A stretch of 64,000 nucleotides of DNA from Methanothermococcus sp. Ax23 (GTDB taxonomy: Archaea; AGJL01; Methanococci; Methanococcales; Methanococcaceae). Made by a program: the position numbers and the translations under genes. Positions within the stretch are counted from its first letter, which is position 1. Every line of letters starts with the position of its first letter. Positions 33,118-44,491 of this stretch are shown in pieces. The stretch spans positions 1,184,001 to 1,248,000 of the forward strand of contig NZ_CP157522.1 in the NCBI RefSeq assembly GCF_049075655.1, read 5' to 3'. The notes beneath the pieces were generated by a model. The model was not told the origin of the DNA. It saw only the letters and a program-made list of their open reading frames with translations, and ran no database searches.

Positions 33118-33564
33118 ATGAAACTTTACTACAAAAGAGGCCAAATTTCTATTGATGCAGTATTGGCAATACTTTTTATGTTATTACTGACTTCATTAGT
33201 TAGCTACAATGTGTTTAATAGCTTAAATGGAATTAGACATTCGGAAATTGCCGAGAGGGGGCATTCAATACTTGATGTTTTTGAAAATTATGCTTTAATT
33301 GCATATTCAAAAAATGTTAATATGTATATGACCTTTAAACCAATTGGAGATATTAATTTCACAATATATTTTTCAAATAAAAAAATAAGCGTTAATGATA
33401 CTATGAATATACTATTTAAACCTGAATATGATGAAAATGGCACATATATAAATATAACTGGGGAGAATTGGGGGTATAATTCATTTAACTTGCCCCAAAA
33501 TATTGTAAATATATCATTTGGGGATTTTTACGTCTGTAAAAATCTTACAGTTAGGATTAAATAA
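33118..33564 (+). CDS. Class III signal peptide (type IV pilin-like) protein
   Basis: Likely start MKLYYKRG|QISIDAVLAILF: KRG/Q prepilin motif followed by a hydrophobic helix. Confidence 0.8.
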   Translation: MKLYYKRGQISIDAVLAILFMLLLTSLVSYNVFNSLNGIRHSEIAERGHSILDVFENYALIAYSKNVNMYMTFKPIGDINFTIYFSNKKISVNDTMNILFKPEYDENGTYINITGENWGYNSFNLPQNIVNISFGDFYVCKNLTVRIK

Positions 33565-33673
33565 CAAGGTTTTCTCTTTTTTAATATTGTTATAATTAAC
33601 ACATACATATTATATATCAAATTATGTTATATTATAATTATTTATAATTTTAACAGTATTTGAGGAACATATT

Positions 33674-35557
33674 ATGACGTTGGCAAAGTTGAAGTCAAAA
33701 AAGGGTTATATATTCACCTACGAGGCCATAGTAGTTGCTATTATATTTGTTATAGTCTTTTATGTAGGCCATTTTGCAATTACTCATAATATTTTAACAG
33801 TTCATGAAGAAAAAAGAAATATCGAATCATTTGAAAAAGCCAACCTAATAACTGATGTATTATATAAACAACATGAGCTCCCCTCTAATTCATATATTCC
33901 AGATTATAAAAAATTTCTAGATAAAATAAAAGAAAGGTATTATACCTCAGAGAGCAAAATTCCAGGAACATTTGACCCATTTGCACAGGCTAATTTAAAT
34001 TATGCATATAACGACAGTTGGATGTATGAAATAAATATATCAAATCCTAATAACTATGATTTAACAGATTATCAAGTTTTAATTACATTGACCCCGTCAA
34101 ATTTCAACTTTGACTTTTCGCCAGATGGGAAAAATATAAGTTTTTGGGAAAACGACAGCGGGACAATTACTGAAATTCCCTATTGGATTGAAACTTGGGA
34201 ATATAATCAAAAAGCAAGGATCTGGATAAAAGTAAATAAAATTCCTAAAAATAGTAGTGTTATGGTTTATTTAAAAAGGAATCAAATTGGAAATCCGACA
34301 ATAGAGGATAATGGAAATGAGGTATTTATATTCTTCGACAATTTTGAGGATGGAAATTTATGGGATAAATGGGAGATTGTAGTAGGTAATCAAAGCGATT
34401 GGGAGCTCACCCAAGATAACACCTTGCCGTTTTATAATAATAATTCAGGAATCAATTATGTTGCTCATTTAAAACCCAGTAGTGTGGAATATAGAAGTAT
34501 AATATCAAAAAATCCATTAAATGTTAATGATGGCGATAAATATATCCTTGAAGCCGTTGTTAAGGGACATACCGGAGTAGTTGGCGGAAGTGCAGATAGT
34601 CCCGATACGATGGTCGGATTTTATTCGGATAAAAACGCAAATTATTTTTATAATTCATTTACCGGTGATTATCAGCTTTTTGCAATATGTTATAATTATG
34701 ACGAAGATGACGAGCTATCAAATATATTTACAAAAGATAATATATGGTATGAAGAAAAATTCATATTAGAACAAAATGATAGTCCAAAGTATAGAGTCTG
34801 TAATTCATCTATCTGGGAATTCTTTAATGGACACTATGGGGACCCAAATCCAAATGATAATACAAATTCAATGCTCAATACATATTGTATGGTTACAGAA
34901 AATCCTGGAAATAGTAAGTATATTCTTTTAGGAACTGGTCAAGGTTCCCATAGTGAAGAATATTGGTTTGATAATATTAAAGTAAGAAAATATGCCCCAA
35001 AGGTATCGGTTTCTGTAAGTGAAAATATTGTGAGCTCTACAATTTTGGAATCTACAATATCATATAATTTTGCAAATGTTCCAAATGTATCTTTAACAAA
35101 TGTAAATCTGATTTCGGTAAATTATTCAGTTATTTACTCGGATAATGACTATGTGAAAACAAGAAATCTACTAGTTCCAATAAAAACTTGGAGATATTCC
35201 AACAACAAAATAGCATCTGAAAATATATCCCAGGGTGAAATTTTATATTTTGCCGCCAGGAGACCTTCAACGCTAGTTTATATTAACGCTTCTTCAACAG
35301 AGCCAACGGATGCACTGTTTTTAGTTAATGGAGTTCCATTTAAAATGTATCTGAACAGCACTCCAAAAATTACCGGATTTGGAAAAGTCATAAACACACA
35401 TAATTGGGAATATTACGAACCTAATGAGATAAAATTATTAAATGTATCAAACAATGCATTAATAACCCTGAATATTACATATAATCAACCTTCTACAATT
35501 TATGTATTAAAATTAAAACCTGAAAATATATCATGTGTTGTTGAATTAAAGAATTAG
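33674..35557 (+). CDS. Pilin-like DUF2341-domain protein
   Basis: KSKKG|YIFTYEA prepilin-like leader; INISNPN..LTDYQV..IPYWIETW..IWIKV..VFIFFDNFE and FDNIKVRKY. Confidence 0.8.
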   Translation: MTLAKLKSKKGYIFTYEAIVVAIIFVIVFYVGHFAITHNILTVHEEKRNIESFEKANLITDVLYKQHELPSNSYIPDYKKFLDKIKERYYTSESKIPGTFDPFAQANLNYAYNDSWMYEINISNPNNYDLTDYQVLITLTPSNFNFDFSPDGKNISFWENDSGTITEIPYWIETWEYNQKARIWIKVNKIPKNSSVMVYLKRNQIGNPTIEDNGNEVFIFFDNFEDGNLWDKWEIVVGNQSDWELTQDNTLPFYNNNSGINYVAHLKPSSVEYRSIISKNPLNVNDGDKYILEAVVKGHTGVVGGSADSPDTMVGFYSDKNANYFYNSFTGDYQLFAICYNYDEDDELSNIFTKDNIWYEEKFILEQNDSPKYRVCNSSIWEFFNGHYGDPNPNDNTNSMLNTYCMVTENPGNSKYILLGTGQGSHSEEYWFDNIKVRKYAPKVSVSVSENIVSSTILESTISYNFANVPNVSLTNVNLISVNYSVIYSDNDYVKTRNLLVPIKTWRYSNNKIASENISQGEILYFAARRPSTLVYINASSTEPTDALFLVNGVPFKMYLNSTPKITGFGKVINTHNWEYYEPNEIKLLNVSNNALITLNITYNQPSTIYVLKLKPENISCVVELKN

Positions 35558-35567
35558 GGGATATATT

Positions 35568-36107
35568 ATGATATTTGATAGTGATATATTAATTGCAGTT
35601 ATTATTATTATCGTGGGCATGGGGTTCTTTACATCTTCGATGGTAGAGCATACAAACAACTATGCAGACGCTGTAAAAACAAATATATTATATGATAAAG
35701 TAGTTTATCAACTAAAATCCCTAATTTCGGATGGGACTTTGGAAACTGCTGTTTTATTGCTAAATACTAACAACTCAGACATTGCAAAGAGTGTTTTAAA
35801 AAACAAGATAGGGCTTAAAAATTATGAATTAAAAATTGGAAATTATCCCATTATCCCACCACAAGGCGATTTAAATAGCACTAAAACTATTATGGTATCA
35901 GCCACCATACTAATGAATAGAACAGAAGGATGGTATGGAATTTACGGAAACGATGATGAATTACATATAACAAATAAATATTTTATAAGCGAAAATGAGA
36001 CGTATAACTACTTAAATACATATTATAACAGTTATCCGTATAAAAAAGCCATATATTATTTTAATTCAAGTAATCCTATAAATATCACACTAATTTATGG
36101 TGATTAA
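35568..36107 (+). CDS. Pilus-cluster hypothetical protein with N-terminal hydrophobic helix
   Basis: MIFDSDILIAVIIIIVGMGFF; tightly packed in the operon. Confidence 0.7.
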   Translation: MIFDSDILIAVIIIIVGMGFFTSSMVEHTNNYADAVKTNILYDKVVYQLKSLISDGTLETAVLLLNTNNSDIAKSVLKNKIGLKNYELKIGNYPIIPPQGDLNSTKTIMVSATILMNRTEGWYGIYGNDDELHITNKYFISENETYNYLNTYYNSYPYKKAIYYFNSSNPINITLIYGD

Positions 36108-38000
36108 ATGTATGCATCTCAAAGTATGATTATATTGGTTTTACTGTTGTTCTTAACTGGAACATTGTTATACAACACCATCGATATTCAAAAACAGCAG
36201 ATATTAAATGAGATGAAGGCATCTTCTGTTGATTTAAAATCTACGGCAATAGAACATGTAGTTTCTTCATCCATTTCTGTGGTATTTAACAAGGCATTGA
36301 ATGATGCAGAACTGAGAGTTATAAGACTATATAATGAAAATCCCAACAATCCCAATGAAGCATTTTTTAAAAACACTACGGAAGTTTTAGAATTTCTAAA
36401 AAATGATACTGTTAATATAACAAGCAATAATTATTTAGCAAATGCAAGTGAATATTATAAAAATCAAGGATATAATTTTTCATATAAATTCAACATAACA
36501 AACATAACCATGGTAGATGGATTTACATTTAAGATAGATTATATTTTTGAATATAACTTATCAAGTGGTGGAACTGCAAATAAATCAAAGTGTATAAATT
36601 CCTCCCAATATATAACTGTAAAAACAGTTTTAGATGCTTACCATTACATAAAACCAACCTATGTCGGAAGTATAAATATTTCAAATCCGAACGATAAATA
36701 TTTAAATGATTTTCAAGTTAAAGTTGTTTTAAACAATAGCAATTTCAATTTTTCGCTGGAACCAAATGGAACTGGTTTAAGATTCTATGATGAGAATAGG
36801 AACTATGTTCCATATTGGGTAGAATATTGGAATTATTCAAACGATAATATAGATAATGATAAGGCAATTATTTGGCTAAAAGTTCCACAGTTAAAAGCTA
36901 ATGCAAATACAACGATATATATGATATCCACATACCCAAAAATATCAGAAAGTAAGGGGGATTTAGTATTTGAACTATTTGACGGCTTTGAATATAATGA
37001 TTCAATCTACTCTAAATGGAATGTATTATATGGGGCTTGGGATTACAGCAACAATGATAATCCACTTTATAATCCACTATATAATAGACAGATAATTGAT
37101 TGTAAAGGAGCTCCGCCAGTTGCAAGAATGATTTCAAACGATAATATAAGTTTAAATAATTATATTATTGAAGTGGATGCAAAAGGAAATAATGATTATG
37201 AATATCCTATTGGGCGGGGTCGGCAGCAGCGGGTTTCTTGGCCTGCCCCAAATATAATGGTGGGATATTTTGCAAATCCTCAGTATTATGGAGAAACCAC
37301 AACTCATCCAGATGCCTATTATACATTGGATTTAGGCGGGAGGTGCGATGAGTCAGGCAATCCTGCACTTTGGTCTGATGGTAATGATTTATATTGGATG
37401 AATGGAGGGAAATGGGATTGGGATATATCTGAGTGGGTAGATTATAATTATATAGATTTTAATGGAACTGACATGTGTAATGAATATCCAATTAGTTACT
37501 ATACCATCCATAGAACCAATATTACATATAACGGAACTGTATCACCACAAAAAAACACATGGTATCATATAAAAATCCTTATCACTGGAACAACAGTTAA
37601 AGGAGCATACTCTAATTTAAGTGATTATCTACAAAATAATGAAAATAATTGGATGATTAGTGAAAATATAAATAACCCATACGGAAGTTATTTTGAACTT
37701 GGAACATCAATGGGATTCCACGATTATACTCAAAATGTATATTTTGATAATTTCAGAGTAAGAAAATACGCTCCAATGGAACCAACGGCAACAGCATACA
37801 AAAACATGGTTAGAAAAACGGGAATTATATATATTTCCCCAAATAGGGATTATGGAACTCATTATGGGGGCGAAGAAAGTTATAACCCCTACTTTGTAGA
37901 AGATACTTCAAATATATATCCTTCCATCATAGACATGCTCGCTGGAAAAGATACAAAAGAATGGAAATATGGATATAGTATAAAATTAGAAGGTTATTAA
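36108..38000 (+). CDS. DUF2341-domain secreted/pilus-associated protein
   Basis: N-terminal hydrophobic helix; INISNPN..LNDFQV..VPYWVEYW..IWLKV..FELFDGFE and FDNFRVRKY, paralogous to 33674-35557. Confidence 0.8.
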   Translation: MYASQSMIILVLLLFLTGTLLYNTIDIQKQQILNEMKASSVDLKSTAIEHVVSSSISVVFNKALNDAELRVIRLYNENPNNPNEAFFKNTTEVLEFLKNDTVNITSNNYLANASEYYKNQGYNFSYKFNITNITMVDGFTFKIDYIFEYNLSSGGTANKSKCINSSQYITVKTVLDAYHYIKPTYVGSINISNPNDKYLNDFQVKVVLNNSNFNFSLEPNGTGLRFYDENRNYVPYWVEYWNYSNDNIDNDKAIIWLKVPQLKANANTTIYMISTYPKISESKGDLVFELFDGFEYNDSIYSKWNVLYGAWDYSNNDNPLYNPLYNRQIIDCKGAPPVARMISNDNISLNNYIIEVDAKGNNDYEYPIGRGRQQRVSWPAPNIMVGYFANPQYYGETTTHPDAYYTLDLGGRCDESGNPALWSDGNDLYWMNGGKWDWDISEWVDYNYIDFNGTDMCNEYPISYYTIHRTNITYNGTVSPQKNTWYHIKILITGTTVKGAYSNLSDYLQNNENNWMISENINNPYGSYFELGTSMGFHDYTQNVYFDNFRVRKYAPMEPTATAYKNMVRKTGIIYISPNRDYGTHYGGEESYNPYFVEDTSNIYPSIIDMLAGKDTKEWKYGYSIKLEGY

Positions 38001-38326
38001 TTTATCTTATTTAATTTTTCATCTAATAACAACCTTATACACTCATCAACATCATCAGTTTCACACTTGTATATTTCAATGCCCTTTTTCGATAAACTCT
38101 CCATGCTATTTTTACCCATATTTATACAAATTACAACATCTGGCTTTTCACCTAATACAACCTTAACAGCCTTGCCATGACCTTGACCATCACAGGGGAC
38201 GCTTTCTACAACTTTTGTATTTGCTACTTCTTTTTTGTCGTTGTCTATATTAACAATTAAGAAATACGGAGCTCTACCAAAATGAGCACATATTTTATCA
38301 CTTTCCATGGGTATTGTAATTTTCAT
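37997..38326 (-). CDS. NifB/NifX (Nitro_FeMo-Co) family protein
   Basis: ICAHFGRAPYFLIV motif, 109 aa. Confidence 0.88.
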   Translation of the reverse strand: MKITIPMESDKICAHFGRAPYFLIVNIDNDKKEVANTKVVESVPCDGQGHGKAVKVVLGEKPDVVICINMGKNSMESLSKKGIEIYKCETDDVDECIRLLLDEKLNKIN

Positions 38327-38359
38327 AATTTCACCATTATTCTTTGTTCTTTGCCATCC

Positions 38360-39931
38360 TTACTTACTCATTATTTTATTTATTCCATCAATAATTGCTT
38401 CAACAGATGCCCTTACTATATCCTCATTTGCCGCTTTTGCAGTGATTTCTTTTCCATATCCTTCTAATTTAACAATTACTTCCGCTAAAGCGTCTGTCCC
38501 ACCAGTGATGGCATTTATGTGATATTCTTTTATTTTTATCTTTTCTCCTATTATGGATTGAATTGCCTTTAATGCGGCATCCACAGGTCCAACTCCAACC
38601 TTTGAAGTAATATATTTCTCATTATTTATTATCAAAGCCACGCTTGCTGTTGGAATTACTTTGTTTCCAGTCATTACTGCTATTTGCTCCAAATTAACGA
38701 TTCTTTCTGATTTTACAGTTCTCTTTGTAATATCTTCAACAATTGCTATTACATCGGCATCGGTAATCATTTTACCTTTATCTCCGATGTCTTTTATTCT
38801 GTTTATTATCTCTTTAAACTGCTCTTCTGAAACATTCTTCCCAACTTCCAGCCCGAGCTCCTTCAACTTTGATTGGATAGCATGAGCTCCGGTATGTTTT
38901 CCCAATATAATTTTTCTCTTCTGACCAACAATTTCAGGAGGTATTGGTTCATAAGTGAGAGCATGTGCAAGCACTCCGTGGGCGTGGATACCACTTTCAT
39001 GGGCAAATGAATTTTCCCCAACTACTGCCTTATTTGGCTGGGTTTTTATTCCCGTGAGTTTTGATACTAAATTAGATATTTCTGTTAATTTTTCGGTTTT
39101 TATATTGGATTCTACACCGTAAATCATCTTTAAGGACATTACCGCTTCTTCAAGAGCTGCATTTCCTGCTCTTTCACCTAACCCATTTATTGTGCAGTGT
39201 ATCTGCTCAGCCCCACCTTCAACTGCACCTAATGAATTTGCCACGGCAAGACCAAAGTCATTATGACAGTGAACAGAAATAGGAATAGTTAGTTCCTTTT
39301 TTAACTCGCTTATTAAATAAGTCATTGCCCTAGGAATCATTACACCAACGGTATCGGGAACATTTATTCTGTCTGCTCCTGCATCTTCTGCATTTTTATA
39401 AACTTCTATCAAATAATCAATTTCTGTCCTTGTGGCATCTTCTGCTGAGAACTCCACTTTTATTCCATGTTCCTTTATATATTCTATGGCATCCACTGCT
39501 TTGTTTATTATTTCTTCTTTGCTCATTTTTAATTTATATTCTCTATGGAGGGGAGATGTTGCTATAAATGTATGTATGCTATCAACACCGCAATCTATTG
39601 CAACATCTATATCTTTTTTAACTGCCCTTGCAAGACCGCAAATTTCTGCATCCATGTTTAAAGATGTTATTTTTTTAATGGCTTCCTGCTCCCCATGGGA
39701 TGAAATAGGAAATCCTGCTTCTATAACATCCACACCTAAGTTATTTAGATTTACAGCAATTTCCACCTTTTCATCAGGGGTTAGGGATACTCCGGGAGTT
39801 TGCTCTCCGTCTCTCAGGGTGGTGTCGAAAATTTTAACCTTCTTCGGAATGTTCAGATGATTAATGGCATTTTTAATTATATCATTAGTTTGATTATAAG
39901 GTTCCATAATTTTCACCACATTCTTTCTCAT
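38360..39931 (-). CDS. leuA: 2-isopropylmalate synthase (exact start uncertain)
   Basis: [32 protein letters not shown]-terminal regulatory domain GVGPVDA; a citramalate synthase paralogue is not fully excluded. Confidence 0.8.
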   Translation of the reverse strand: MRKNVVKIMEPYNQTNDIIKNAINHLNIPKKVKIFDTTLRDGEQTPGVSLTPDEKVEIAVNLNNLGVDVIEAGFPISSHGEQEAIKKITSLNMDAEICGLARAVKKDIDVAIDCGVDSIHTFIATSPLHREYKLKMSKEEIINKAVDAIEYIKEHGIKVEFSAEDATRTEIDYLIEVYKNAEDAGADRINVPDTVGVMIPRAMTYLISELKKELTIPISVHCHNDFGLAVANSLGAVEGGAEQIHCTINGLGERAGNAALEEAVMSLKMIYGVESNIKTEKLTEISNLVSKLTGIKTQPNKAVVGENSFAHESGIHAHGVLAHALTYEPIPPEIVGQKRKIILGKHTGAHAIQSKLKELGLEVGKNVSEEQFKEIINRIKDIGDKGKMITDADVIAIVEDITKRTVKSERIVNLEQIAVMTGNKVIPTASVALIINNEKYITSKVGVGPVDAALKAIQSIIGEKIKIKEYHINAITGGTDALAEVIVKLEGYGKEITAKAANEDIVRASVEAIIDGINKIMSK

Positions 39932-40214
39932 TAAATAATGTATTTTTTGGATAATATTACCTAAATTAATTATTATAAATTAATTGCTTCTATTTTATAA
40001 AAAGTTTAATAATATTGATAATGATATATATTTGTAGTATTTAGATGTATTGTGTATAATGAATGTATATTAATGAACATATTATAACGATGTTTATATT
40101 GCCCATTTAGACATCACTATAACTGTAATTTTAAAAAATTTAAATTACATTTTTATAGGGGGCGTTCTTATTTTATTATAAAATATTAATTTCCAATTTA
40201 AATTTGGTGAGATT

Positions 40215-41210
40215 GTGGAAATTTTATTAAGCGTATTTATTCTTTTAATGGGATTGGTATTGTTGAATTATGGAAGCGATTGGTTTGTGCTTGGAAGCTC
40301 GAGGATAGCAAAATATCTAAATGTTTCAGATTTTGTTATAGGGGCAACCATAGTTGCATTTGGAACATCCTTGCCTGAGATAATTACAAGTGTTTATGCG
40401 GCGTATGCAAATTTACCAGGCATTGCAGTTGGAAACTCCCTTGGAAGTTGTATTGCTAATATTGGATTGATACTTGGAATAAGTGCCATAATTTATCCAA
40501 TAGTTGTAAGGCATAATTCAGTTTTAAAAAACGGTTATATTTATTTAATATTTACAATTGTAGCATTTATACTTGGATATGATGGATTTGGATTTATTGA
40601 TGGGCTGATTTTATTTATTTTACTTTTGGGGTATATTGTCCATACTATTAAAAATGGAGGGACTCCAACGGTTGAAGAGGAAGGAGCTCCTAAAAAAATT
40701 TCCATGACTACGGCAGTAATATTTACTATTGTAGGATTGTTGTCGGTAATTATTGGAAGTGAATTGTTTGTTGATGGGGCAAAAGGCATAGCCGCATTTC
40801 TTGGAATATCTGATAAAATTATTGGATTTACCCTTGTTGCATTTGGAACTTCTCTCCCTGAGCTCGTAGTATCAATCACCGCAGTTAGGAGAAAGCTTGG
40901 AGATATAGTGCTTGGAAATGTGATAGGTAGCAATATGGCAAATATTGGCTGTGCTTTGGCATTTTCTGGTATGATATCATATATTCCACCTGTCAAATTC
41001 GAAATGAATGTAAATCTATTTCTTGTTGTCCTTATGGTGATATATATGAGTAAAAATTTAATACTGGATAAAATAAGAAATAAAAAGGTAAATACAAATA
41101 TCAACGATAAAACAAATTTAGAAGAATATTCAAAAATCGGAAGAATAGAGGGAATTTCTCTTGTTTTAATTTATATGATATTCATTCTAAAAATATCCAA
41201 TATATTTTAA
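40215..41210 (+). CDS. Calcium/sodium antiporter (CaCA family)
   Basis: Two alpha repeats AFGTSLPE and GNxxGS; multiple TM helices. Confidence 0.93.
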   Translation: MEILLSVFILLMGLVLLNYGSDWFVLGSSRIAKYLNVSDFVIGATIVAFGTSLPEIITSVYAAYANLPGIAVGNSLGSCIANIGLILGISAIIYPIVVRHNSVLKNGYIYLIFTIVAFILGYDGFGFIDGLILFILLLGYIVHTIKNGGTPTVEEEGAPKKISMTTAVIFTIVGLLSVIIGSELFVDGAKGIAAFLGISDKIIGFTLVAFGTSLPELVVSITAVRRKLGDIVLGNVIGSNMANIGCALAFSGMISYIPPVKFEMNVNLFLVVLMVIYMSKNLILDKIRNKKVNTNINDKTNLEEYSKIGRIEGISLVLIYMIFILKISNIF

Positions 41211-41311
41211 TAAAAAGTAAAAAATAAAGATAAAATAAAAAGGTAGGATAAATTAGGAAAATTAAAATAAAAGAAAATAAAAAAAGATAAATAAATTAAA
41301 TAAGTGAAATT

Positions 41312-42787
41312 ATGAAAACTGTAAAAATAAAAATAAATAGGAATGGAGTATTTGAAGAATATGAGGTTCCTGAAAATATAACGGTTTTAGATGCTCTGAA
41401 TTACATAAATAAAACCTACAACAAAAATATTCAATACAGGGCATCATGTAGGGCAGGGCAGTGCGGGAGCTGTGCTATGACCATAAACGATGAGCCAAGA
41501 CTTTCCTGTAAAACAAAGGTTAAAGATGGCATGAAAATAGAGCCATTAGAAGGATTTAATGTAATTAAAGATTTAATCGTTGATAGGTCATCATATTATA
41601 AAAAATTATATAATTTACGAAATTACTTGCAGTATGATGAAGAGGAGGAGCTCTCAACAATACATCCAGAGGACATAAAAGATTTAAAAAATATAAGGGG
41701 ATGTATAGACTGTTTAAGCTGTCTTTCAAAATGTCCGGCAAGGAAGTTCTCAGATTATTCTGGACCAACTCTTATACGACAGCTTGCAAGATTTGCATTT
41801 GACCCTAGGGATGACGGAGATAGGGAAAAAGAAGCCTATTTTGAAAATATATATAACTGCACTACATGTGGGAAGTGCGTTGAAGTATGTCCAAAGGAGA
41901 TTGACATAGTCCATAACGCCATAGAGAAGTTAAGAGCATTATCTTTTAAAAATGGATGTTATTTAAAAAATCATTTGGTAGTTAGAGAAAATGTTTTAAA
42001 AGGCAATAGGTCAGTGGTGAAGGAAGAAACTCCATTGTTAGAGGATGAAAATATAAAAGACGAATATATTGTAGAAAATGAAAAAATGAGAGTTGCATTC
42101 TTCACCGGATGTTTGGTTGATTATAGGCTTCAAGATGTAGGGAAAAGTGCTATAAGGGTGCTGAATGCCCATGGAGTCTCTGTAATAATTCCAAAAAATC
42201 AAATCTGCTGTGGTTCCCCATTTTTAAGAACTGGTCAAAGGGATATTGCAGATAAGTTAAAAAAGCATAATTTGGATATTTTCAATAATCTAGATGTAGA
42301 TGCAGTGGTTACCATATGTGCAGGATGTGGAAGCACATTGAAAAACGATTATAAGGAGAAAGAATTTAAGGTTATGGACATTACCGAGGTTTTGAATACT
42401 GTTGGACTTATTGAATACAAATCATTGGATATAAAAATAACCTACCACGACCCATGCCATTTGAGAAGGGGACAAAAGGTATATGTTGAACCACGAAATA
42501 TTTTAAAAAATATACCTAAATTAAAGTTTATAGAGATGGAAATACCAGACCAATGCTGTGGTGCCGGCGGCGGTGTTAGAAGTGGAAAACCAGAAGTTTC
42601 TTCTGCGATAGGTAAAAGAAAGGCTAAAATGATTTATGATACTGATGCGGATTATGTAATTACGGTATGTCCATTCTGTGAATATCATATAAGGGATAGT
42701 TTAAATAAGTTAAAGAATGAAGAAAACAATTTAAAAGATATCGAGGTTATGAACATTGTTTCATTGCTTGATAAAGTGATTGAATAG
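41312..42787 (+). CDS. tfrB: Thiol:fumarate reductase (CoM/CoB) subunit B
   Basis: 2Fe-2S motif SCRAGQCGSC, two 4Fe-4S motifs, two CCG domains. Confidence 0.88.
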   Translation: MKTVKIKINRNGVFEEYEVPENITVLDALNYINKTYNKNIQYRASCRAGQCGSCAMTINDEPRLSCKTKVKDGMKIEPLEGFNVIKDLIVDRSSYYKKLYNLRNYLQYDEEEELSTIHPEDIKDLKNIRGCIDCLSCLSKCPARKFSDYSGPTLIRQLARFAFDPRDDGDREKEAYFENIYNCTTCGKCVEVCPKEIDIVHNAIEKLRALSFKNGCYLKNHLVVRENVLKGNRSVVKEETPLLEDENIKDEYIVENEKMRVAFFTGCLVDYRLQDVGKSAIRVLNAHGVSVIIPKNQICCGSPFLRTGQRDIADKLKKHNLDIFNNLDVDAVVTICAGCGSTLKNDYKEKEFKVMDITEVLNTVGLIEYKSLDIKITYHDPCHLRRGQKVYVEPRNILKNIPKLKFIEMEIPDQCCGAGGGVRSGKPEVSSAIGKRKAKMIYDTDADYVITVCPFCEYHIRDSLNKLKNEENNLKDIEVMNIVSLLDKVIE

Positions 42788-42865
42788 CACATTTGAAATA
42801 ATGGAATTGAAATAAAATCAATAATTAAAAATAATAATAAATTTTTAAGATATAATAATTATTAA

Positions 42866-44104
42866 ATGAGTGATACAATGGATGACATATTAGAAATTGT
42901 AGAAAAACTAAAAAATAAGGAGATAAAACCATATCAACTTGACAGTATGTTCGATTCAAAAAAATCTGTTGAAATAAGAAGGAAATACATAGAATCTTTA
43001 ACAAAAACAGATTTTAAGCATATCAATAATTACAGTATAGATGAAAAAGAGGCTATGAAAAAGAACATAGAAAATATGATTGGTGCGGTGCAGATTCCTT
43101 TGGGTTTTGCAGGACCTTTAAAGATAAATGGAAAATATGCAGATGGGGAATATTATATACCATTAGCAACAACGGAAGGAGCATTGGTAGCTTCGGTAAA
43201 TAGGGGCTGTGGAGTTATCACCAAATGCGGTGGATGCACAGTTAGGGTTGTTGATGATAAAATGACAAGAGCTCCGGTAATCGAAACCAAATCTATAACC
43301 GACGCTATCAAATTAAAGGAGTGGATTGAAAACAACTTCCAAAAAATAAAAGAGGTTGCCGAAACCACCACAAGACATGGAAAATTAATATCCATTCATC
43401 CAATAATAATTGTTGGACGGTATGTATATCCAAGATTTACCTATAAAACAGGAGATGCCATGGGTATGAACATGGTAACCATAGCCACCGAAAAGGCGTG
43501 CAATTTCATTGAAAATGAGCTGAAAAAGGAAGAAAACGGAAGCATCAAAGTTCATACTGTGGCATTAAGTGGAAATGTCTGCACAGATAAAAAACCTGCT
43601 GGAATAAATTTAATAGAAGGCAGGGGGAAAACGATAATAGCAGAGGTCTTTTTAAAAGAGGAGGAAATAAAAAAATATTTAAAAACAACTTCAAAAGCAA
43701 TAGAACAGGTGAATATGTATAAAAACTTTATAGGTTCTGCCATAAGCAACTCAATGGGATTCAATGCCCATTATGCAAATATAATCGGAGCTCTATTCCT
43801 TGCAACAGGTCAGGATGAGGCACATATTGTTGAGGGAAGCTTAGGTATAACAGTTGCAGAATGTGTTGAGGGCGGTCTTTATTTCTCCGTTACACTTCCA
43901 GATGTTCCTGTTGGGACTGTTGGGGGTGGAACAAGAGTAGAAACCCAAAAAGAGTGTTTAGAAATGATTGGTTGCAGTGGTGGAGATAAAGCACTTAAAT
44001 TTGCCGAAATAGTCGGTGGAGCAGTTTTAGCGGGAGAGTTATCACTTATGGGAGCTCTGGCAGCAGGTCATTTAGCAAAGGCACATTCGGAGCTCGGAAG
44101 GTAA
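42866..44104 (+). CDS. hmgA: HMG-CoA reductase (class I)
   Basis: ENMIG, LATTEGALVAS, DAMGMN, VGTVGGGT, GELSL. Confidence 0.97.
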   Translation: MSDTMDDILEIVEKLKNKEIKPYQLDSMFDSKKSVEIRRKYIESLTKTDFKHINNYSIDEKEAMKKNIENMIGAVQIPLGFAGPLKINGKYADGEYYIPLATTEGALVASVNRGCGVITKCGGCTVRVVDDKMTRAPVIETKSITDAIKLKEWIENNFQKIKEVAETTTRHGKLISIHPIIIVGRYVYPRFTYKTGDAMGMNMVTIATEKACNFIENELKKEENGSIKVHTVALSGNVCTDKKPAGINLIEGRGKTIIAEVFLKEEEIKKYLKTTSKAIEQVNMYKNFIGSAISNSMGFNAHYANIIGALFLATGQDEAHIVEGSLGITVAECVEGGLYFSVTLPDVPVGTVGGGTRVETQKECLEMIGCSGGDKALKFAEIVGGAVLAGELSLMGALAAGHLAKAHSELGR

Positions 44105-44173
44105 TGCTAAATAATATATAAAGAACAGTGAATCTTTAAATATTTTTTTGATTATGTATAATATGGTGATATT

Positions 44174-44443
44174 ATGAAAAAACCAACATTGTATGTAAGA
44201 ATTCATTACCCGGGCAGTGTATTGGAAGGAGAATTCGATTTTGATGCAGTGGTGAAGCTTAAAGACAAATATATGAAATACCTTGAAACAGGCAAAGGGT
44301 ACGGATTGATGATATTTAATGAAAATAAGAAAAAATTTGCAATAATAAACTTTGAAAATATATGTGCAATAGAGGTTGAAAAAACCCTAATATTCATGGA
44401 TGAGTATGAAAAGAAATGGGGACAAATTACGGATATTAGATAA
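44174..44443 (+). CDS. Hypothetical protein
   Basis: 89-aa ORF with GGTGA RBS. Confidence 0.65.
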   Translation: MKKPTLYVRIHYPGSVLEGEFDFDAVVKLKDKYMKYLETGKGYGLMIFNENKKKFAIINFENICAIEVEKTLIFMDEYEKKWGQITDIR

Positions 44444-44491
44444 TAAATAATATTATATTATCCAAATATTAACAATGTATAATGTGATATT

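Noticed and set aside
37997-38326. NifB/NifX-family gene as evidence of a nitrogen-fixation cluster
   Set aside because: Stand-alone members are widespread in archaea and no other nif genes are in the window.
41210-41311. A-rich intergenic tracts (also about 27540-27620, 32040-32124) as tandem repeats or CRISPR
   Set aside because: Irregular low-complexity A/T spacers without a conserved repeat unit or regular spacing.
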